Assembly: GCA_965214095.1 (NCBI GenBank)
Contig: OZ243938.1
Span: 2,336,001 to 2,400,000, forward strand
Direction of reading: 5' to 3'
Source of the DNA: Candidatus Poribacteria bacterium
Lineage (GTDB): Bacteria; Poribacteria; WGA-4E; WGA-3G
Length of the DNA: 64,000 nucleotides
In this document: positions 1 through 10,775 of the stretch, in pieces
Layout of the letters: each line of letters opens with the position of its first letter
Numbering within the stretch: the first letter of the stretch is position 1
Made by a program: the position numbers and the translations under genes
Notes under the pieces: model-generated
The model's database searches: none
What the model saw: the letters and a program-made list of their open reading frames with translations, nothing else
What the model was told of the DNA's origin: nothing

Positions 1-1
1 A

Positions 2-3000
2 CGTGATAAACAAGGAATATTTGAAATAGCATTACGGAATGCACGTTTAGAACAGGAACGTATCCAAAATCTATTGGAAACCCACGACACCCTTACACGC
101 GTATATCTGGATGAAGAGTTGTTGATTCTGCAAAGTCACCTGTCAAGTGAAGAATTAGAACAGGCAAAAGACGCACGTAAACGTCTCGCGGCATATCTTA
201 CTGAGGCACAAATACTTCAAGCGGTCAAATTGAAAACCGCTGCTGATGTCATCGCTCTTGACAATCTCGTAGAAAAACTCCCAACACTAACATCGGATTT
301 AGACGCACAAACGAAAGAACTTCTCCGAGATAACATGCTTACCTTACGGAATGCGCGGTTCAGAAATATTCAGAGTCGTGTTGAGAAAATGTCGCGTATT
401 AGTGAGGAAGAATACAATCGTAAACTGGCACAGATAGAGGCTGCCGTAGCATTACAAGACCTATTCAACCGCTATTATACATCGCTTTTCTGTAGTGTTG
501 ACCTGTCCTCTCAATCAAATCAATTTGGTGTATTTAACAAAGGTTGGTTTTATGACCAAGAACCTGAGTTCGTGCTACGTCGTGAGTTCGCAAGCATCGG
601 GAATAAACTGGCAGATTATGCATCGGATGCAGATTTCGGTGTTCGTGTCAGAAAACTATGGCGTGCAACAGATGACCAGATACGTCAAGCTGTCATGGCA
701 CGACAATGGTCGGTCGCAAGTCAAATTTCAGACAAGGCTGCACTTGAAGGAAAGACACTTGAAACCCTTCTGAGTGCACATTATGGAAAACTTTCCGGTT
801 TAGGCGGTGTGAGTCGTCTCATGAGGATGCAGTTTGAGCAGTGGAGAAACAGAGGGGAACCTTCTGAAGATATGCTCAAAGATATGGACTATATCCGTAA
901 AGAAGTTGAAAGGTTTATTCGAAATGATGTTCGGAGTGCGAAGAAAAATCGTAAGAACAGTATCCGTATGCGTGGTCAATTAGATGCGATGCTAAGACTG
1001 CGGCACGAAGACCCAGACACATTTACGGAAGATGAAATTGAGGACATCAAAACCTTAATTTCAATTGTAGGACTCGGTGGCGGCACTAATTTTGTCAATG
1101 CTATCTCTGCCAGTGGTGGAAAGACTTGGAAGACCTATATTCCGGGAAAAATTGCTTTTGACAGCGAAGTTGCTACGCTTGTCGGCAAGACGGGTATAGC
1201 GTTTGCTACTATTGAAGATGCCCGCGTCCTCACTGATACCCCACTTGATACAATTGATCGCGTTGATCTACGGCAAGATGGAAATTTACATCAACAAGCA
1301 CAGACCTTAGCATCCTTATTGATACAAGCACTACGCGATCCACAAATGCCAACTGCAGCAAGAGTCGGAAACTTCTACTGCAACCTATTCGGAGATGTCG
1401 TTGAATTTGATGCTCGTGAATCTGCACTACCCAATAAACCTGTGCCATACCCGATCATAACCCTCCGTCGTAAACACAAGACGATGATGGGTGTCCGTGG
1501 TGATCTATTCACTATGGGAGATAACAAAGGTAATTTTGAAGTTGCTGGATTGGCTATGGAAGGTAGAGCAACTCGCAGACTCGGAGGTGTTCAAGAAGTT
1601 GAAGCATACATCCTTGACCCGGATTCTGGAGATATTGTCTATGCACCTGATTTAGGAAATTATGGTGCAAAACTATTACCGAACAAAGTGCCAATTAACA
1701 CGCGCCGACGCGGTTGTCGTGTTGTTACTTTCCCTTGTGTCTCAACTACGATATACGATCTGGTTGACCAGCGTTACCTTCGAACTCTACGTGAATTGGA
1801 GGTCTATGATGCATTGTCCGATAGTCCACCCGAAAAATTTGGTGTGTCTAAACCGTGGCAACAGGAAGGTGTCTCTGCGGCTGAACCTATCGCACTTGTC
1901 TATAGCGAACCGGAGAGCCGGATTAAAATCGGTATGGCGTATGGACAAATCGGTAAACGTCTGCTCCTGATTAAAGCCACAAAAAGTGGTATGAAAAATC
2001 CAACGCTCTATACGGGGGAAGGGTTCGTTGTGCGTGAAAATGGTAGTATCCGTTTAACCCCTTATGTTGTTGTACGGGATATGTGGTGGTTGGATGAAAA
2101 CCGTTCCCGTCTATATAAACGTTTCGGTATTTCCAGTGATAGACTTGACAAACTACATCAATTTGCCGATGAATATCTCAATCGTGCGGAAACGGCACTT
2201 TTCCAAAATGACTATCAACAAGCCCTCAAGTTAGCCCGCGCCGCGTGGGGATATGAATCACGCGCCTACCCTGATGTCAAAAGAACAGGTAACGATGTTG
2301 TAAACGGTATCATGTTCTACCTCGCGCTCTTGATGCCGTTCGCCTACTTTTTGGAACGGCTTATATTCGGTTTCCCGAACATTAACAAACAGATTTTGGC
2401 AACCTTCGGTATCTTCCTGCTCGTGTTTTACTTCTTAAGTCAGGTACATCCCGCATTTCAGATTACTACAACACCCATCATCATCTTAATCGCATTCGTT
2501 GTACTTGCGTTAACAGTGATTGTGATCAGCATTATTGTGCGGAAATTCGAGGAGCAGCTTGAGAAAATACGGCAACAGGGGAATAAGGTGTATAAAGCCG
2601 ATGTAGGTAGGTTGAGTGCAAGTGCTGCTGCATTTAGTCTCGGTATTTCCAATATGCGAAAACGTAAAGGACGGACAATCTTAACGTGTGTAACGTTGGT
2701 GATCCTTACCTTTACCGTCATTTCATTCACATCAGTGCGGACATTTATGCGTCCTAACCGAACAAGTCTACCACAAGTGACACCACGATACACGGGGCTA
2801 CTTATCCGAGACCAGTATTGGAGACCTCTTGAAGAACCTGTGCTCAACTCCATTCTGAACGACATGCAGAAAACACAAGTCTCTGTCGGAGATTTGGAAA
2901 AACTGTTGCAACAGAAAAACAATCTATTGGCAAAGCAGGGACGATCAACATTGGATGTGCCGGCTGCAATAACAGGATTGCAAGATGATGGATATATCGT

Positions 3001-4660
3001 TAATGTTGATGAAAAACCGGTCCTTGCTGTGAAGAATGTTGTGGCACCGCGAGCTTGGTATCAGTCTTCTGGAACAGGTGACCAATCCTTTGTGCAATTG
3101 ACGCGAAGTGAAAACGAACAAGACCCCGCACCACCGACGAACACACTTACAGGTGAATCTTTACGTTTTGCTGCCAACATGCTTGTTGGAATGAGTGAGG
3201 CTGAGTCTTCAGTCACAGGTATTAATCGGTATTTGCAATACGGAAAATGGTTTGACCGGACAGATGCTGAAAATTGGCCAACCGAGTGGCCTTATGCAAT
3301 CGTTCTACCGAAAGGAATGGCTGACCTCCTGAAAATCACTGAGAGCGATATGGGGAAAGCTACAATTTCTGTATATGGTGCAGACTTCACCGTCGTTGGT
3401 GTATTGGGTATAGGGTTCAAGGATTTGACAGATAATGATGGGGAAGAACTCACACCTGTGGATTACCAATTGATGCAACAACAAACCAGTCGAGGTGGTA
3501 CGGGTGATGAAACCCTTGAGGGTGAACTACAGAAGTATCTGCATCTCACACCCGATAGTATTGCTATTTTGCCGTATGAAGTTGTCATGAACCAAGGTGG
3601 AACACTGAGAAGTGTCGCAGTGAATATGGATCCCCAAGAGGATGACCCTGAATTGTTAGGAGCGATAGATAAATTGGATCTCATCATGGCACCCCTGATG
3701 AACCGTATTGCACTTGACTTCTTTGTGGGACGCGATAAAGATACCTATCTATACAGTAGTATCGGTATGACAAGTTTTAGTGGTATGGGTAACCTATTTG
3801 TGCCTATTCTGATTGCTGCCTTGATTGTTCTGAATACGATGCTCGGTGCCGTTTATGAACGTGTCCGTGAAATCAGTATCTATAGTTCCGTCGGTCTTGC
3901 ACCTACGCATATTGCTTTCCTTTTCCTTGCGGAGGCGTGTGTATATGCAATTGTTGGGGCTGTATTAGGATATTTGATGGGGCAAGTGATTGCGACTACC
4001 TTAGTGCATTTCGGTTGGCTTGCTGGATTAACCCTAAACTATTCTTCAATGTCAACCGTCGTTGCAACCATAATCGTGATGATTGTGGTACTTCTCAGCA
4101 CTCTGTATCCTGCTATTAAAGCCTCGCGGATGGCTGTACCAGATATTGAACGGAAATGGAAACTACCTGAACCTGATGGAGATATATGGCATTTCAATCT
4201 ACCTTTCACCGTGTTAGCTGAAGAAGCACTCGGATTGAATGTATTTATGCGCGACTACTTTGACGCACACGCCGATGAGTCGGCAAGCGATTTCTACACC
4301 GACAATGTTGCTTTCAGTGCAAAAGAAGAAGAGGATTCATATCAGATCGGTATGATGGTGTGGTTAGCACCTTACGATTTGGGTGTCAGTCAATCAATCC
4401 AGTTTGTCACCTCACCTGTTGGTGGAGAAGAGGAAGACCTATACAAAATTACTTTAGAAGTCAACCGTGAAAGTGGTGAGATTGCTTCTTGGAAACGGGT
4501 TAATCGTCGTTTCCTCAATCTGTTGCGGAAACAGTTATTGATTTGGCGGACATTTAGTGTTGATATTCGTGCAGAATTCCACGAAAGAGGAAGAACTGAG
4601 AACACTGAAACAGCGGAAGATACTGCAGGATTGGAACCGGTCATGACAACGGCTGATTAG
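2..4660 (-). other. Coordinate note only: the CDS in the next entry is open to the left edge of the window; nothing is claimed on this strand
   Basis: The + frame of ORF 74 is open from position 2 (CGT GAT AAA ...), so TTG at 74 is not the true start. Confidence 0.05.
2..4660 (+). CDS. Very large FtsX/MacB-like ABC permease with a large extracytoplasmic N-terminal region (5'-truncated by the window)
   Basis: Open frame from position 2. FtsX-type motifs 'ISNMRKRKGRTILT' and 'VYERVREISIYSSVGL...FLAEA'; several TM clusters. Confidence 0.85.
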   Translation, partial: RDKQGIFEIALRNARLEQERIQNLLETHDTLTRVYLDEELLILQSHLSSEELEQAKDARKRLAAYLTEAQILQAVKLKTAADVIALDNLVEKLPTLTSDLDAQTKELLRDNMLTLRNARFRNIQSRVEKMSRISEEEYNRKLAQIEAAVALQDLFNRYYTSLFCSVDLSSQSNQFGVFNKGWFYDQEPEFVLRREFASIGNKLADYASDADFGVRVRKLWRATDDQIRQAVMARQWSVASQISDKAALEGKTLETLLSAHYGKLSGLGGVSRLMRMQFEQWRNRGEPSEDMLKDMDYIRKEVERFIRNDVRSAKKNRKNSIRMRGQLDAMLRLRHEDPDTFTEDEIEDIKTLISIVGLGGGTNFVNAISASGGKTWKTYIPGKIAFDSEVATLVGKTGIAFATIEDARVLTDTPLDTIDRVDLRQDGNLHQQAQTLASLLIQALRDPQMPTAARVGNFYCNLFGDVVEFDARESALPNKPVPYPIITLRRKHKTMMGVRGDLFTMGDNKGNFEVAGLAMEGRATRRLGGVQEVEAYILDPDSGDIVYAPDLGNYGAKLLPNKVPINTRRRGCRVVTFPCVSTTIYDLVDQRYLRTLRELEVYDALSDSPPEKFGVSKPWQQEGVSAAEPIALVYSEPESRIKIGMAYGQIGKRLLLIKATKSGMKNPTLYTGEGFVVRENGSIRLTPYVVVRDMWWLDENRSRLYKRFGISSDRLDKLHQFADEYLNRAETALFQNDYQQALKLARAAWGYESRAYPDVKRTGNDVVNGIMFYLALLMPFAYFLERLIFGFPNINKQILATFGIFLLVFYFLSQVHPAFQITTTPIIILIAFVVLALTVIVISIIVRKFEEQLEKIRQQGNKVYKADVGRLSASAAAFSLGISNMRKRKGRTILTCVTLVILTFTVISFTSVRTFMRPNRTSLPQVTPRYTGLLIRDQYWRPLEEPVLNSILNDMQKTQVSVGDLEKLLQQKNNLLAKQGRSTLDVPAAITGLQDDGYIVNVDEKPVLAVKNVVAPRAWYQSSGTGDQSFVQLTRSENEQDPAPPTNTLTGESLRFAANMLVGMSEAESSVTGINRYLQYGKWFDRTDAENWPTEWPYAIVLPKGMADLLKITESDMGKATISVYGADFTVVGVLGIGFKDLTDNDGEELTPVDYQLMQQQTSRGGTGDETLEGELQKYLHLTPDSIAILPYEVVMNQGGTLRSVAVNMDPQEDDPELLGAIDKLDLIMAPLMNRIALDFFVGRDKDTYLYSSIGMTSFSGMGNLFVPILIAALIVLNTMLGAVYERVREISIYSSVGLAPTHIAFLFLAEACVYAIVGAVLGYLMGQVIATTLVHFGWLAGLTLNYSSMSTVVATIIVMIVVLLSTLYPAIKASRMAVPDIERKWKLPEPDGDIWHFNLPFTVLAEEALGLNVFMRDYFDAHADESASDFYTDNVAFSAKEEEDSYQIGMMVWLAPYDLGVSQSIQFVTSPVGGEEEDLYKITLEVNRESGEIASWKRVNRRFLNLLRKQLLIWRTFSVDIRAEFHERGRTENTETAEDTAGLEPVMTTAD

Positions 4661-4693
4661 GTCTATCAATGTCTGACTACATGAGGAAATTAT

Positions 4694-4885
4694 ATGGAAA
4701 AATTAGCAAGTATTATCATTGTAATCGGGACTGTCCTATGGTTAGTCAGCGTTCTGTTTTTGGGTGGACGTTGGCAGTGGCAGATGTTTGCAGCACTCAT
4801 TTTGACTGTCGGTATCTTCATCGCTCATTTTTGGGAAGAGCTCAGCGAAGGAAAGAAAGAAAATACAACAAAAGATGATAATTGA
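4694..4885 (+). CDS. Small 63-aa two-TM membrane protein
   Basis: GAGG RBS before ATG; two hydrophobic helices and a charged tail; lies inside the operon. Confidence 0.6.
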   Translation: MEKLASIIIVIGTVLWLVSVLFLGGRWQWQMFAALILTVGIFIAHFWEELSEGKKENTTKDDN

Positions 4886-4983
4886 ATGGTATATCGGCAT
4901 TAGGAGTCTGTGGAATGTGCGTTTTGTTCTTCTGAGAACTAACTGCTGATAGCTGATTACCAGCACAAAGGAGAAAATACAAT

Positions 4984-6972
4984 TTGGCGCGAGAGAGAAT
5001 CTCACAAGCAGATGAATGGCAATCGTGGGCACAACGATACGACATAGAAGGTGGTGTTCGAACCTTTGAATCAGGGTTAACTGTCAAAGTGTTCTTCGGC
5101 GCACTCTTTGTCGGTTTGCTCATGATGCCCGGTTCCATCTATCTGAGTTATGTATCTGGTCAATCTGGTGCAGCGGCTGCCCCATGGGTAGCAGTTATCC
5201 TGTTCACCGAATTAGCCAGACGATCATTCACAACAGCACGTCGTCAAGAACTCTATATGCTGCTCAGTCTAACAGGGGCAGCAGTTGGCAGTGGTATGCA
5301 ATATCGGAGTTTTATCTGGTATGCATACTTTGTGAACACACCGCAGGCGATTTCCTACGAAATTGCCGATAAAATCCCCGCATGGGTTGTTCCTGCCGGT
5401 GATTCTGCTGGAGTTTTGACACGCAGTCTGCTGCATCCCGATTGGTTGCTGCCTATAGGTATCTATCTCGCAGGGAAGTTTCTTGGCACGCTGCGGGTTG
5501 TCAGTGGTCAATATATTCTATTCAGACTTACTGCAGACCTTGAACGACTCCCATATCCCATGGCACCGATTACCGCACAAGGTGCGACTGCATTAGCCGA
5601 AACGACTGGAAAACAGGAAACATGGCGATGGCAGGTCTTTTCTATCGGGTCTATGGCAGGTCTGATATGGGGATTCATTTACATCGGTGTTCCCGCGCTC
5701 TCCGGTGTCATGATGAGTCAACCGATACAGATACTGAAGATCCCGTGGATTGACTTTACACAAAGTATTGAAGGATTCGCGCCGACAGGTGTTTTTGCGC
5801 TTAGAACAGACTTCGGACAGATGCTCTTCGGGTTCGTCTTGCCGTTCCCTGTCGTGATGTCAGAGTTTGTCACCGCAATGCTTTCGCAATTTGTTTTAAA
5901 TCCGCACATTCTATATCCAAATGAAATATTGCACCAGTGGCATCATGGGCTTGATGTGCGTGCAACAGGACTTTTCAACGACCTTGATTTCTGGCGGAGT
6001 TACGGCATTGGTAAGACATTTAGTCTCGGTCTTGTCGGGATGGCAGCCTCTGTTCCAATGTTATTCAAACTTCGCAAAACGCAGAAAAAAGCAGGCGAAC
6101 GTGGTTCTCTTGCTACGCCACCGAACAGAGGTGATTTCCCACTATGGCTCATGGGTATACTATGGCTCATCGGTATGGGAGGATTTGTCTGGCTCATCCA
6201 TTGGATGGTGCCGAATTTTCCAGTCAGTTTCTTGCTCGGATTCGCATTTGTATATACACCAATAAACTCATATATCACCGCGCGGACATTCGGAGTGCTT
6301 GGACGTGACCTATTTGAAATCCCTTACTTGCACGAAATAACATTTATTCTCAGTCGTTACGAGGAAATTGATATTTGGTTTGCACCGCTACCTGATGAAG
6401 ATTACGGAGCAGGCACACAAGGATGGCGTGTGCTTGAACTGACAGGTACGACCTTTACTTCAAATCTCGCTGCGACACTGCTGATTATGCCTATCCTCAT
6501 TATTAGTGGAATCTTGGTGCAGCACTTTATATGGCAAATTGCACCAATTCCGAGTGCGCAATACCCGTTTGTTCAAATGATGTGGCCTATCAACGCAACG
6601 AATGAATGTCTAATGAAAACATCGCTACGTGATGGAAATAGCGAGATCATACAAGCCATTAGAGGGGATTATGTTGCTGCAGGATTCACTTCAAGTCTTG
6701 CTATCTACGGATTGCTTTGGGTACTAAAATATCCTTCTATGTGGTATTACGGAATCATAGGTGGAATCGGGGCTGATCCGGGCAGCATGGTCGCACGATT
6801 ACTCGGTGCCATCATCGGTAGGTTCTATATGATCAAGCGATTCGGATTGAAAAGATGGTTTATGTTCAATCCAGTATTGGCAGCAGGATTTGCTTGTGGT
6901 GTCGGATTGATAGGGATGGGCACCGTTGCAATTGCCCTTGTCTCCAAAGCGGTTATTGTTAAACCGTTTTAG
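4984..6972 (+). CDS. OPT-like (oligopeptide transporter-like) polytopic membrane protein
   Basis: AAGGAG RBS with TTG start; many TM segments; motifs 'LMMPGSIYL', 'ERLPYPMAP', 'PIPSAQYP'. Confidence 0.75.
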   Translation: MARERISQADEWQSWAQRYDIEGGVRTFESGLTVKVFFGALFVGLLMMPGSIYLSYVSGQSGAAAAPWVAVILFTELARRSFTTARRQELYMLLSLTGAAVGSGMQYRSFIWYAYFVNTPQAISYEIADKIPAWVVPAGDSAGVLTRSLLHPDWLLPIGIYLAGKFLGTLRVVSGQYILFRLTADLERLPYPMAPITAQGATALAETTGKQETWRWQVFSIGSMAGLIWGFIYIGVPALSGVMMSQPIQILKIPWIDFTQSIEGFAPTGVFALRTDFGQMLFGFVLPFPVVMSEFVTAMLSQFVLNPHILYPNEILHQWHHGLDVRATGLFNDLDFWRSYGIGKTFSLGLVGMAASVPMLFKLRKTQKKAGERGSLATPPNRGDFPLWLMGILWLIGMGGFVWLIHWMVPNFPVSFLLGFAFVYTPINSYITARTFGVLGRDLFEIPYLHEITFILSRYEEIDIWFAPLPDEDYGAGTQGWRVLELTGTTFTSNLAATLLIMPILIISGILVQHFIWQIAPIPSAQYPFVQMMWPINATNECLMKTSLRDGNSEIIQAIRGDYVAAGFTSSLAIYGLLWVLKYPSMWYYGIIGGIGADPGSMVARLLGAIIGRFYMIKRFGLKRWFMFNPVLAAGFACGVGLIGMGTVAIALVSKAVIVKPF

Positions 6973-6992
6973 ACAACGTTCTTTCATAGTGG

Positions 6993-7949
6993 GTGAGAGA
7001 TATGGACTGGACTCTCTTTGGTTGGGCAGGTATTGAGTTAGAGATCCCGACAACTTGGGAAATCAGCGGCATTAGTGGAGATGAGAAAAACGGATATCTA
7101 CGGTTAGACGACGCTGAGATGCCGCGATTAGAGCTCAAATGGGCAAAATCTCGTAAAAAGAAACCTGACCTACACGCCACTCTTGACGATTATTTCAAGT
7201 TAGTCCGAAAGAACTACAAACGCGGCGGTAATGTCTCATTTCGCAGAAATGTTGAACTTATCAAAGATGAGGATTTTCTAAAGGATCATACTGTTCTTGG
7301 TTTTAGTTGGAAAGGTGGCATACGGGCAAATGGATTGATCCTACATAATCCAGAGTCTAAACGGATTACCATCGTTCAGGTGATGGGAAGGTTAAAAGAG
7401 AACTGGCGACCCACTGTACTTCGTATTTTCAAATCCATTGCTGACCACGGTGACCCGCAACACACTATCTGGAGTGCTTACGGACTCAGGGTTGCTGTGC
7501 CGAAGAACTACAAGTTGGAAGGGCAGAAGTTTCTCAGTGGCTATCTAATGTTTGCTTTCGCCAGACGGAAAACCCGAAAAATCTGTGTGGAACGTTACGG
7601 TCCCGCTGAGGTGTTATTAAACGAATATACGGAAGAACAGAATCCGTTAGAGACTTGGTTTCGTGCGCGTTACGCAAAGGCGATACGCGGATACGGATTT
7701 GAAGTGACACCCCATAACGAACAAGGGGATGAACGCATCAATTTTGTTGGACAACAAACTCGAGTTTACGATAGTGTACCATTTTCACCTGTGCTTATCG
7801 TTGATAAAGTGCTAAAACGACCAAGACTGACCTTTATTGTTAAACATTGCCATCATACCAATCGGATCTATGTGGTGCAATCTATTGGACGTAGCGAGGT
7901 TGCAGAACAACTCGCACAAGAGGTAGCAGAGAGTATTCACTGTCATTAA
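6993..7949 (+). CDS. Conserved hypothetical protein in the transporter operon
   Basis: 318-aa ORF co-directional and 20 bp after the OPT-like gene; apparent internal duplication ('WAGIELEIPTTW' / 'AYGLRVAVPKNY'). Confidence 0.75.
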   Translation: MRDMDWTLFGWAGIELEIPTTWEISGISGDEKNGYLRLDDAEMPRLELKWAKSRKKKPDLHATLDDYFKLVRKNYKRGGNVSFRRNVELIKDEDFLKDHTVLGFSWKGGIRANGLILHNPESKRITIVQVMGRLKENWRPTVLRIFKSIADHGDPQHTIWSAYGLRVAVPKNYKLEGQKFLSGYLMFAFARRKTRKICVERYGPAEVLLNEYTEEQNPLETWFRARYAKAIRGYGFEVTPHNEQGDERINFVGQQTRVYDSVPFSPVLIVDKVLKRPRLTFIVKHCHHTNRIYVVQSIGRSEVAEQLAQEVAESIHCH

Positions 7950-7975
7950 GCGTGAGATAATATAACCTTCAAATT

Positions 7976-8135
7976 TATAGTAAAAACCATAGTTACTTAC
8001 ACACTACGGTAGGTTCGGTTTCCTAACCGAACCGGATCTGCCGAGAAAACCTTTATGAACGCCATTGGCACGAATACGGTTCGGTTAGGAAACCGAACCT
8101 ACCGGGAGTGTGCACGTATTTTACATTTCACTATA
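7976..8135. mobile_element. MITE-A (TA-flanked, ends TAGTAAAAA.../...TTTCACTA) carrying an inverted pair of GTAG-REPs
   Basis: GTAGGTTCGGTTTCCTAACCGAACC at 8009 with its inverse ending at 8102; same ends at 19660, 37331 and 63366. Confidence 0.8.
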
Positions 8136-8146
8136 AAAATAAGAAA

Positions 8147-8611
8147 ATGATCAACAAAGCTTTATACGCACTAAAACTAAAAAAACGACCCGATGTGGAT
8201 AGAGGTAAAGTCCTCAAAGCATTCCCATTGAGAAATCAGTTGATAACGTGGGAAGTTGACGATAAAGACGAGGCATCACTTGTCATTCCACAGAAAGAAA
8301 AATTCTGGATCAAATTGACAAGTAAAATCTTTATGCTGCCTGATAAACGTGTCGTCGTGCTGGACAGCATCGGTTCTTATGTTTGGCAGCTGTGTGATGG
8401 CAAACACACAATCTCACAGATAATCAACGCACTCCAGAAAAAACATCGGTTAACTCGAAAAGAAGCAGAGACCTCACTTTTTACCTTTATAAAGATGCTC
8501 GGAAAACGGAATTTTATACAATTTGCTATCCCAAAAGAAGATAATCAGAATGAAACCGCAACGCAAAAACCTGTGCAACAGAAACGTTTCGGGTTTTTAT
8601 CTAAAGGATAG
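8147..8611 (+). CDS. PqqD-family / RiPP-recognition-element-like protein
   Basis: 'LDSIGSYVWQLCDGKHTISQIINAL...FIKMLGKRNFI' PqqD-type pattern; the ORF-track GTG start lies inside the MITE. Confidence 0.8.
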   Translation: MINKALYALKLKKRPDVDRGKVLKAFPLRNQLITWEVDDKDEASLVIPQKEKFWIKLTSKIFMLPDKRVVVLDSIGSYVWQLCDGKHTISQIINALQKKHRLTRKEAETSLFTFIKMLGKRNFIQFAIPKEDNQNETATQKPVQQKRFGFLSKG

Positions 8612-8624
8612 ACGGTACTTCTTA

Positions 8625-8759
8625 TACCACTTCTAAATAAAAACTGCTCATTATCAAAACAGACGCTCGTAGTCGCGCAATTCATTGCGCCTCTTACATT
8701 CAGCAAATTGAGGATAAATCTACAAATTCCCAATGACACCTTATCTATTAGAAATGGTA
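8625..8759. mobile_element. MITE-C (135 bp, TIR TACCAYTTCTAA, 3-bp TTA duplication) carrying hairpin GTAGTCGCGCAATTCATTGCGC
   Basis: Near-identical copy at 38532-38666; partial copy at ~34975-35073. Confidence 0.8.
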
Positions 8760-8838
8760 TTATTTCGAACACGGACAATTAATCTTGACTGAATGCTGAT
8801 GACTGAATGCTGATAGCCAATACATAGGAGAAACAGAT

Positions 8839-9645
8839 ATGCAAGAAGAAATAAGTGGTGTCCAACCAGATCTTGCTGAAACACCGAAACGGTTAGGACG
8901 TATCCTGCCGAAAGAGAATACTGTCCGTGTTAGGAATCTCATTAAACGATACGAGATGGGGACACAGACCGTAGACGCGCTGCGTGGCGTTAATTTCCAA
9001 ATTCAGCGTGGAGAATATATCTCTATTATGGGACCTTCCGGTTCGGGAAAATCTACTCTCTTTAATATGATTGGTGGATTAGATAAACCGACTGAAGGCA
9101 GAGTCTATATTGACGAGGTAGACATTGCACAACTTGACGCTTATGAGTTAGCGTGGTTACGTTGTCGAAAAATCGGTTATATCTTCCAGTCGTTCAATCT
9201 TATTCCTGTGATGACAGCATTAGAGAACGTCTCACTTCCGATGATTTTTGCTGGCATGAGTGCGGATGAAAGCAGAGAAAAAGGGGTGGATCTCCTCTCT
9301 CTTGTCGGATTAGGTGACCGCGTTCAGCATAAACCGCTTGAACTCTCTGGTGGACAGCAGCAACGTGTTGCAATTGCACGTTCCCTTGCTAACGATCCCG
9401 CCATCGTCCTCGCAGATGAACCGACGGGTAACTTGGATACCAAAACAGGTCTTGAAATCATTGACTTGCTCCGCCGTCTCAATGCTGAAAACGGTGTAAC
9501 CATAATTACAGCAACACACGATCACAAGATGCTGGATGTTTCTGATCGCATTTTCTACATGGCAGATGGTAAAGTTGACAAGATAGAGTCACGCGATGAA
9601 ATAGACCTCCAAGTCGGAAGGTTAGACGGTCAGGAAGTCGGATAA
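8839..9645 (+). CDS. ABC transporter ATP-binding protein (LolD/MacB-like)
   Basis: Walker A GPSGSGKS, signature LSGGQQQR, Walker B VLADEPTGNLD, H-loop ATHD; AGGAG RBS. Confidence 0.95.
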   Translation: MQEEISGVQPDLAETPKRLGRILPKENTVRVRNLIKRYEMGTQTVDALRGVNFQIQRGEYISIMGPSGSGKSTLFNMIGGLDKPTEGRVYIDEVDIAQLDAYELAWLRCRKIGYIFQSFNLIPVMTALENVSLPMIFAGMSADESREKGVDLLSLVGLGDRVQHKPLELSGGQQQRVAIARSLANDPAIVLADEPTGNLDTKTGLEIIDLLRRLNAENGVTIITATHDHKMLDVSDRIFYMADGKVDKIESRDEIDLQVGRLDGQEVG

Positions 9646-9653
9646 TCTAACAA

Positions 9654-10775
9654 ATGTCCATCTACAAACGTTTAGGCATCCGAACAGTAATCAACGGTAA
9701 TGCGACTTTAACACGTCTCGGTGGGTCTATTATGCCACCTGAAGTCATTGAAGCAATGACCGAGGCATCAAAGCATTTTGTAGACATCATTGAACTCCAA
9801 AAAAGCATCGGTGAAGAGATAGCAAAACTCACCCACAACGAAGCTGCTTATGTCTCCAACGGTGCGGCGGCAGCCTTAACGCTTAGCACGGCAGCGTGTA
9901 TCACTGGACTTGACGCAACCAAACGTGCAAAACTACCACACCTTGACAACACAATGAAAAATGAAGTCATCGTGCATCGCCACGGTAGAGTAGGATACGA
10001 TTTTGCGGTGCGGCAGGTCGGTGTGGAATTCGTTGAAATAGGAGATGAAAACGGCACAACTCCTGACGAACTTGAAAACGCTATCACCGCCAAGACCGCT
10101 GCTATCTTCTACTTCGCAAATCCTGGCAGAGAACACCTGTGGGTGTCTTATCAAGAAGGGATTGACATTGCAAAAAGGCACGGTGTCCCATTGATTGTGG
10201 ATGCAGCTGCCCAGTTACCTCCTCCAGAAAACCTGTGGCGTTTTACAGAAATGGGAGCAGATTTGGCAATGTTTAGCGGTGGAAAAGGGTTGTGTGGTCC
10301 ACAAAGTAGCGGGTTGATCGTCGGTACAAAATCGTTGATAGACGCAATTGCATTCAACGGTCCACCCCATCCCTTCATCGGCAGAGGAATGAAGGTCGGC
10401 AAAGAAGAGATGGTTGGATTGTTGGCAGCGGTGGAATGGTATCTGAATCAGGATCATGACCAGTTAATGCAATCCTACGAAGACCAGGTTACTTACTACA
10501 CTGAAGAATTTAAAGACATCCACGGCATTACGGTGCATCGTAGTTTCCCATCTGAAGCGGGACAACCGATGCCACGAACAGAAATCCGATTTGACGCAGA
10601 ACTACTCGACATTACTCGCAATGACATTCTACATCAACTACAAATAGGTGAACCTGCGATAGATATTGCTGCCGCTGGAGCAAACGGTGTCCTCATCAAT
10701 GGACAGACGCTGATGCAAGGAGAAGTAGAAATCATTGCACATAGAATAAAGGAGATACTCAATAAAACAACATGA
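9654..10775 (+). CDS. SelA-like / DgaE-like PLP-dependent enzyme
   Basis: 'TVINGNATLTRLGGS', 'VDAAA', PLP-lysine motif 'FSGGKGLCGPQSSG', 'IGRGMKVGKEE'. Confidence 0.85.
   Translation: MSIYKRLGIRTVINGNATLTRLGGSIMPPEVIEAMTEASKHFVDIIELQKSIGEEIAKLTHNEAAYVSNGAAAALTLSTAACITGLDATKRAKLPHLDNTMKNEVIVHRHGRVGYDFAVRQVGVEFVEIGDENGTTPDELENAITAKTAAIFYFANPGREHLWVSYQEGIDIAKRHGVPLIVDAAAQLPPPENLWRFTEMGADLAMFSGGKGLCGPQSSGLIVGTKSLIDAIAFNGPPHPFIGRGMKVGKEEMVGLLAAVEWYLNQDHDQLMQSYEDQVTYYTEEFKDIHGITVHRSFPSEAGQPMPRTEIRFDAELLDITRNDILHQLQIGEPAIDIAAAGANGVLINGQTLMQGEVEIIAHRIKEILNKTT

Noticed and set aside
8787-8818. GACTGAATGCTGAT x2 (related GCTGATAGCTGAT at ~4944) as an operator
   Set aside because: It resembles low-complexity heptamer-type intergenic repeats; there is no evidence for a regulator.
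9654-10775. True selA, linked to the TGA at 47570 as selenocysteine
   Set aside because: At 373 aa it is short and DgaE-like; no selB, selC or selD is nearby; the TGA context fits Trp.
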